From the NCBI GenBank assembly GCA_049976845.1, contig JBMFHL010000024.1, positions 1 through 11,043 of the forward strand: a DNA stretch of 11,043 nucleotides, read 5' to 3'. The notes under the pieces were generated by a model. The model was not told where the DNA came from and made no database searches. It worked only from the letters and a program-made list of their open reading frames with translations. Position numbers and translations under genes: made by a program. How positions within the stretch are numbered: the stretch's first letter is position 1; the number at the start of each line of letters is the position of its first letter. This DNA comes from Candidatus Micrarchaeia archaeon. Its GTDB lineage: Archaea > Micrarchaeota > Micrarchaeia > Micrarchaeales > CABMGC01. This document shows positions 6,381 through 11,043 of this stretch, one piece after another.

Positions 6381-8573
6381 ATGGTTAAGAAAGAATTTGT
6401 TGCGGAAGAAGTAGCAAAAATCATGGACACTCCTGACAGGATAAGGAACGTAGCAATAGTTGCACATGTTCACCATGGGAAGACAACCCTTACCGATTCC
6501 CTTCTTGCGAAGGCAGGCATAATATCTAAAAGTGTGGCAGGCGAAGTGCTCTACACAAATTACGACGAGATAGAGAAGGAAAGAAGGATAACAATAAAAT
6601 CGGCCAACATCTCGCTTGCTTTTACCTACAGTGGCAGCGATTACATTATAAACCTGATAGACACTCCAGGGCACGTAGATTTTGGCGGCCACGTAACAAG
6701 GTCGATGCGCGCAGTCGACGGAATAGTTTTAGTTGTTGATCCGGTAGAAGGCGTCATGCCGCAGACAGAAACGGTCATGAGGCAAGCGCTGAAGGAGAAG
6801 GCGAAGCCGGTGCTTTTCGTCAACAAGGTTGACAGGCTCCTTAACGAGCTCAGGCTTACCCCGGAGCAAACATTCGAGAGGCTGCAGAAGCTCATAGAAG
6901 ATGTTAACAAGCTTATAAGGAAATATGCGCCTGAGGATGTCGCCGAAAAGTGGGCAGTGAAAGTCGAAAATGGCAGCGTGTGCTTAGGATCAGCTTATAA
7001 AAAATGGGCGATTTCAAAGAGGATAATGGACAAATATAAGGTCACTTTCAAGGATATATTTGCACTCACCGCAGCAAATGACGAGGCTAAGCTGCAGGAG
7101 GTTGCCCCAATAGACGAGGCAGTGCTGTCGATGATAATAGAGCATCTGCCGAATCCGAAGGAGGCTCAGCCATACAGAATACCTAATCTGTGGCACGGCG
7201 ATCTTTCTAGCGAAGAGGGCAAGGCAATGGTAAATGTGGATAGATCCGCAAAGGTCGCGATGGTGATTTTCGGTATAACTTATGATCAGCATGGCGGAGA
7301 GGTTGCAATAGGCAGGGTTTTTGCCGGCACAGTGAGAAAAGGCACGCTGCTCAACATATCTGGAAGAGTGGAGCCGCAGCGCGTGCAACAAGTTGGCTTG
7401 TATATGGGTCCAGACAGGGTGCCTGTTGAAGAAGTGCCAGCTGGCAACATAGCCGCTGTAGTAGGATTGAAAGACATAACAATAGGAGATACAGCAAGCG
7501 AATCCGAAATGGAGCCTTTTGAGCAGATTAAGCACTATTCACAGCCTGTGGTCACAAAGGCGGTAGAGGCAAAAGATCCAAGGGATACATCAAAGCTCAT
7601 AGAGGCATTGAGGGAGCTGTCAAAAGAGGATCCTACAATAGCCGTAGAGATAAATCAGGAAACTGGAGAGCATTTGGTCAAGGGTATGGGCGAGCTTCAT
7701 TTAGAGATAATAGAAACAAAGCTCAAAGATGAGTACAAAATACCAATAACAACAAGCGAGCCTATAGTGGTTTACAGGGAAACAATAGAAGGTACGGTAA
7801 AGGATGTTGAAGGCAAATCACCCAATAGGCATTCCAGATTCTATGTTACCGTTTCGCCACTCGAGCAGGGTGTTGTAGACCTTATCGAAAGCGGCACAAT
7901 GAGGGAAGGAAAGCCTAAAGGAAAGGCTTACGTGGAGGATTTGATAAAAGCTGGCATGGTCAGGGAAGAGGCAAAGGAGCTTGTTGATATTTCAAGCAAT
8001 AGCGTGCTTCTAGACATGACACACGGAGTACAGTACATTAACGAGGTCATGGAGCTGCTTATAGAGGGATTTGAGGAGGCTGTTAACGATGGCCCATTGG
8101 CAAGGGAGAAGTGCTCAGGCATAAAAGTAATAATAACTGATGCCACGATACACGAGGATCCTGTGCACAGGGGTCCTGCGCAGATAATACCTGCAATGAG
8201 AAGGCCGATATACGCCGGCATGCTGCAGGCAGGGGTTGTATTGCTTGAGCCAAAGCAGAAATTCACGATAAACATACCTCAAGAATACATGTCAGATGTA
8301 ATATCATTGCTTCAGGGCAAGCGCGGCCAGATACTCGAGATAGAGCAAGAAAACGAACAGGCAACAATAATAGCAAAAATGCCAGTGGCAGAGGTAATAA
8401 AAGGATTCTCTAACGAGCTAAGGGGCTTGACGCAGGGAAGAGCGATATGGTATTTCGAGTATGCAGGTTTTGAGAAGCTGTCAAAGGACCTGCAGGCTGA
8501 GGTAGTTCGTGAGATAAGGACTAGAAAAGGACAGCCTCCAGAGCCGCCAAGGCCGGAGCAGTTTATGGATTAA
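6381..8573 (+). CDS. fusA: Translation elongation factor EF-2 (aEF-2) with atypical G1 and switch I motifs
   Basis: 730 aa; INLIDTPGHVDFGG, NKVDR, GMGELHLEI, EPIVVYRE, diphthamide loop HEDPVHRGPAQ (His596 at 8166-8168), LLEP; canonical position after rps12-rps7. Confidence 0.98.
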   Translation: MVKKEFVAEEVAKIMDTPDRIRNVAIVAHVHHGKTTLTDSLLAKAGIISKSVAGEVLYTNYDEIEKERRITIKSANISLAFTYSGSDYIINLIDTPGHVDFGGHVTRSMRAVDGIVLVVDPVEGVMPQTETVMRQALKEKAKPVLFVNKVDRLLNELRLTPEQTFERLQKLIEDVNKLIRKYAPEDVAEKWAVKVENGSVCLGSAYKKWAISKRIMDKYKVTFKDIFALTAANDEAKLQEVAPIDEAVLSMIIEHLPNPKEAQPYRIPNLWHGDLSSEEGKAMVNVDRSAKVAMVIFGITYDQHGGEVAIGRVFAGTVRKGTLLNISGRVEPQRVQQVGLYMGPDRVPVEEVPAGNIAAVVGLKDITIGDTASESEMEPFEQIKHYSQPVVTKAVEAKDPRDTSKLIEALRELSKEDPTIAVEINQETGEHLVKGMGELHLEIIETKLKDEYKIPITTSEPIVVYRETIEGTVKDVEGKSPNRHSRFYVTVSPLEQGVVDLIESGTMREGKPKGKAYVEDLIKAGMVREEAKELVDISSNSVLLDMTHGVQYINEVMELLIEGFEEAVNDGPLAREKCSGIKVIITDATIHEDPVHRGPAQIIPAMRRPIYAGMLQAGVVLLEPKQKFTINIPQEYMSDVISLLQGKRGQILEIEQENEQATIIAKMPVAEVIKGFSNELRGLTQGRAIWYFEYAGFEKLSKDLQAEVVREIRTRKGQPPEPPRPEQFMD

Positions 8574-8581
8574 GCATAGCC

Positions 8582-8589
8582 TTTTATAT
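8582..8589 (+). promoter_or_regulatory. Putative internal TATA box for rpl7ae-rps28e-rpl24e
   Basis: TTTTATAT, with a TA dinucleotide at 8613-8614 at typical archaeal start-site spacing; upstream BRE is weak. Confidence 0.5.
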
Positions 8590-8620
8590 TTTGACAGAGA
8601 AGAAATTGCAACTAATCGTT

Positions 8621-8640
8621 GCACCAATGAAACGAGGTGT
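8621..8640 (+). promoter_or_regulatory. Kink-turn/k-loop element in the rpl7ae 5' UTR (candidate L7Ae autoregulatory site)
   Basis: GCACC-AAU-GA-AAC-GA-GGUGU: 5-bp stem, 3-nt bulge ending in U, tandem G-A/A-G pairs; contains the SD GAGGUG (8634-8639). Confidence 0.7.
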
Positions 8641-8644
8641 TTTT

Positions 8645-9100
8645 ATGGCAAAAGCATATGTGAAATTCGAAGTGTCAAAGGAAGTAGCAGATAAAATAGT
8701 CGAAGCAATAAGGTTAGCAAAGCAGAGCGGCGCCGTTAAGAAAGGCGCAAATGAAGTGACGAAAAGCATAGAGCGCGGCTTAGCAAGTTTTGTTGTAATT
8801 GCCGAGGACGTGGAACCGGAGGAAGTAGTAATGCACATCCCAATGCTCTGCGAGCAGAAAAAGATAACATTTGCATACCTGCCGACAAAAGAGATTCTTG
8901 GAAAGGCGGCGGGGCTTAATGTGCCTTGTACAGCAGTTGCAGTTGAGAAAATGGGGCAGGCGGAAGGGGCAATAAAGGAAATTGCTTCTAGGATAACAGG
9001 CAAACCACAGGAGAAAGCAGAGCCAAAGGAGAAGGCGGAGCAAAAGCCTCAGCCGAAGCCAAAGGCAGATGCGCAAGGCAAGCAGCAGCAAAAGAATTAA
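8645..9100 (+). CDS. rpl7ae: 50S ribosomal protein L7Ae (eL8) with charged C-terminal tail
   Basis: MAKAYVKFEV, KKGANEVTKSIERG, VVIAEDVEPEEVVMHIPMLCE, LGKAAGLNV; ATG 8645 follows SD GAGGTG; 151 aa. Confidence 0.97.
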   Translation: MAKAYVKFEVSKEVADKIVEAIRLAKQSGAVKKGANEVTKSIERGLASFVVIAEDVEPEEVVMHIPMLCEQKKITFAYLPTKEILGKAAGLNVPCTAVAVEKMGQAEGAIKEIASRITGKPQEKAEPKEKAEQKPQPKPKADAQGKQQQKN

Positions 9101-9115
9101 TGAAATGTGATAAGA

Positions 9116-9343
9116 ATGCCAGAAGAGGAAGACCAATTTGATGGCTTTTTAGCAGAGGTAGTAGAAGTGCCTAGGGTAAGAACAGGAATATTTGGCGAAG
9201 CAGAACACGTAATGTGCAAGATACTCCAGGGCAAAGACAAAGGTAGGGTAATAAGGCGCAATATGGTGGGTTTCGTCAAAGTTGGCGATTACGTCAGGCT
9301 GCCTGATACGACAAGAGAAGCAAAGCCCATAAGGGCAAGGTGA
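9116..9343 (+). CDS. rps28e: 30S ribosomal protein S28e (eS28)
   Basis: AEVVEV..RTGIFGE..VMCKILQGKDKGRVIRRN..G.VKVGD....TTREA; ATG 9116 preferred over GTG 9107, which overlaps the SD-like TGTGA. Confidence 0.95.
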   Translation: MPEEEDQFDGFLAEVVEVPRVRTGIFGEAEHVMCKILQGKDKGRVIRRNMVGFVKVGDYVRLPDTTREAKPIRAR

Positions 9344-9348
9344 ATCAG

Positions 9349-9513
9349 ATGCCGAAATGTTCTTATTGCTTAAAAGAAATAGAGAAAGGCACTGGCATGA
9401 TGTACGTGAAAAGGAACGGCGCTATAAGGTATTATTGCTCGACAAGGTGCTATAAGCTTGATGTTATATATGGAAAGAAGCCTAATGCCAAGGAGATTTC
9501 AAAATCCTATTGA
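9349..9513 (+). CDS. rpl24e: 50S ribosomal protein L24e (eL24)
   Basis: Hand translation MPKCSYCLKEIEKGTGMMYVKRNGAIRYYCSTRCYKLDVIYGKKPNAKEISKSY* (54 aa): CxxC...GTG...CSxxC TRASH motif; SD AGGTGA at 9338-9343; conserved order after rps28e. Confidence 0.95.
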   Translation: MPKCSYCLKEIEKGTGMMYVKRNGAIRYYCSTRCYKLDVIYGKKPNAKEISKSY

Positions 9514-9524
9514 AAAAGTGTTAA

Positions 9525-9815
9525 ATGCCTATGTCTGAAGAAGAAGAATTTAAGCTGCTTTTGAAAGAGTCAAGGCGCAGCAGCGATTATAATGCATTTG
9601 GTTCATTGTTGGAATATGTATCCAAAGACCCCAAGAAATACGCTGGCGACGTACTGGTTCTTGCTGCAGAGCTTACAAAAAGGAAAGCAATGTCGTCAAG
9701 CGAAGAGGGCGCAAAAGAAATAGCGTCTGCATTCATGAACCTCTACAATATATACAAAGAGTATGCTAGCGAAGAAACGCTGGAAAAGGTGCGTGAGATA
9801 CTCAAAACCATATAG
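9525..9815 (+). CDS. Hypothetical small helical protein
   Basis: 96-aa ORF 11 nt after the rpl24e stop, same strand, with amphipathic helical pattern; start could be 9531. Confidence 0.75.
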   Translation: MPMSEEEEFKLLLKESRRSSDYNAFGSLLEYVSKDPKKYAGDVLVLAAELTKRKAMSSSEEGAKEIASAFMNLYNIYKEYASEETLEKVREILKTI

Positions 9816-9851
9816 CAATGAAAAAAGGCGAATTTTTAAAAAAACAAACAT

Positions 9852-9870
9852 AAAGCAAAGTATTTAAATT
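9852..9870 (+). promoter_or_regulatory. Putative BRE/TATA promoter for the last ORF
   Basis: Purine-rich AAAGCAAAG followed by TTTAAATT (9863-9870); alternative TTTTATAA at 9907-9914. Confidence 0.4.
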
Positions 9871-9965
9871 ACCTTCCCTCAATTCTTTCTTTAAGTATAT
9901 AATCAATTTTATAATGGGCTTGCAGTTGCAATGCCTGCACTCAAAAATATTTATATGGTGTAACA

Positions 9966-11043
9966 ATGGAAATCAAAGAAAAAGCTGTTAATAAGAGCCG
10001 ACAACAAGACAGCATACAAATACCAAAATTTGATGTCGCAAAAGAAAGCATACGCCAATCTGTAAACTACTTCAGCGACGTGACATCGTCTGCACGCAAG
10101 CTTAAAAAAGAGCTTAAATATAGAGACATAATTATATTCAATTCGAACTGGGTTGCAACCTATCATGTAGCAGAAACCCTTGCTCGTGCGACTAAAGACA
10201 AAGAGACACTAGATAAGCTTGAAGAGATAAATGAAAATATAAGGAAAAATGCGGCAGAGTTAGGCTATGAGACAAGCAACTACTCTACAAAGAAGCTCAG
10301 GGGAAAAAACTATCAAAGTGTAAAGGACATAATCGAAGCAGATCTTAAATTCAGGCCTACAGTTTTCGATGATATTGATTCAGCAACAATTGACTATATA
10401 CTCGAAATAAAGAGTCTTTTGAGGCAATTGGTCTTGCCAGACAATGTAGGTTCTAGCGTTGCAGCTAAGCCAGATGCCGAAGAGCAAAAAAGGAAAGAAG
10501 AACAAAAAAAGAAGGAAGAGCAAGACGCAAAAGACGCAGAAGAAAAGGAGAAGCAAAAGCAAGAGAAGAAAGATAAAAAGCTTAAGGGAAAGAATTCAGC
10601 TGTAATAATAAATGAGCAACAACCAGCTGAGAATCCGAAAAAAAAGGTTCAATCTGGTCCTGCGATAATAAAAGAAAAGATAAACAACGAGAACAAGGAG
10701 AATGAAGCTGCAAAGCTAAAAGAACAAAAGAGGCTGCTTAGGGTTCAAAAACCTCAGGAACAAACAGCGCAGAACGAGCAGAAGAAAATTGAGATACAGC
10801 AGCATAACAAAATAAGAAACGTAGGTGCAAGGCTTACGCAAATTGGCGTAGCATTAGATGTGGCAGGTGCAGCCGTAGCCTGGGTGTTTGGGCCTGTAGG
10901 TGTATTGCCTGGCATAATATTGGGCACAATAGGTGTGCCCTCTTTGGCAGCGGGTATACCAATGTGGCTTGCCGGGGTTTTTATAGACGATCATAGGAGC
11001 AAGAAAGCAGCAAAATCTGCAGTATCAAAGCAGCAGCAGCAAC
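9966..11043 (+). CDS. Hypothetical membrane-anchored protein: helical N-domain, K/E/Q-rich linker, Gly-rich hydrophobic hairpin (partial, 3' end beyond window)
   Basis: ATG 9966 after SD GGTG (9957-9960); open for 359 codons to the edge: MEIKEKAVNK...EEQKRKEEQKKKEEQ...IGVALDVAGAAVAWVFGPVGVLPGIILGTIGVPSLAAGIPMWLAGVFIDDHRSKK. Not in the ORF track. Confidence 0.88.
   Translation, partial: MEIKEKAVNKSRQQDSIQIPKFDVAKESIRQSVNYFSDVTSSARKLKKELKYRDIIIFNSNWVATYHVAETLARATKDKETLDKLEEINENIRKNAAELGYETSNYSTKKLRGKNYQSVKDIIEADLKFRPTVFDDIDSATIDYILEIKSLLRQLVLPDNVGSSVAAKPDAEEQKRKEEQKKKEEQDAKDAEEKEKQKQEKKDKKLKGKNSAVIINEQQPAENPKKKVQSGPAIIKEKINNENKENEAAKLKEQKRLLRVQKPQEQTAQNEQKKIEIQQHNKIRNVGARLTQIGVALDVAGAAVAWVFGPVGVLPGIILGTIGVPSLAAGIPMWLAGVFIDDHRSKKAAKSAVSKQQQQ

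Noticed and set aside
6381..8573. EF-2 as a pseudogene, intein-containing gene or non-translocase paralogue (Snu114/EFL1-like or diphthamide-less)
   Set aside because: Full length for aEF-2, no insertion, catalytic His and HRG diphthamide motif intact, canonical location.
8591..8644. TTG-initiated N-terminal extension of L7Ae
   Set aside because: The conserved N-terminus and SD point to ATG 8645; this stretch holds the putative promoter and leader.
9511..9561. Stop-codon recoding or readthrough extending eL24
   Set aside because: Readthrough gives KSVKCLCLKKKNLSCF with no eL24 similarity; TAA, TAG and TGA all end conserved genes at expected positions, so there is no sign of an alternative code.
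1017..10562. Numerous minus-strand ORFs of 60-173 aa in the track
   Set aside because: All overlap well-supported plus-strand genes and show no recognisable motifs.
10480..10580. Purine-rich repetitive DNA
   Set aside because: Explained by K/E/Q codons of the last ORF; no discrete repeat unit.

Overview
Archaeal chromosomal window, most consistent with a divergent DPANN lineage (Micrarchaeota-like; inferred, not verified). From left to right: a site-2 (M50) protease on the minus strand running off the left edge, a divergently transcribed GT2 glycosyltransferase, a 369-aa orphan, rpoK coupled to a Sulfolobales-type geranylgeranyl reductase, a rearranged translation cluster (rpl30e-rps12-rps7-EF-2-rpl7ae-rps28e-rpl24e, with nusA, EF-1alpha, rps10 and ndk absent from their usual positions), a 96-aa orphan, and a partial charged protein with a C-terminal Gly-rich membrane hairpin. 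Four genes are missing from the supplied ORF track: the protease, rpoK, rpl24e and the last ORF. The three strongest signals are: (i) EF-2 has lost both monovalent-cation ligands of translational GTPases (P-loop AHVHHGKT, switch I RRIT); (ii) uS12 has substitutions at near-invariant decoding-site residues (PNSAxR to PHSGLI, GDIPG to GCIPG); (iii) a k-loop with competing hairpins sequesters the rpl7ae Shine-Dalgarno sequence. No tRNA, rRNA, CRISPR array or mobile element was seen.
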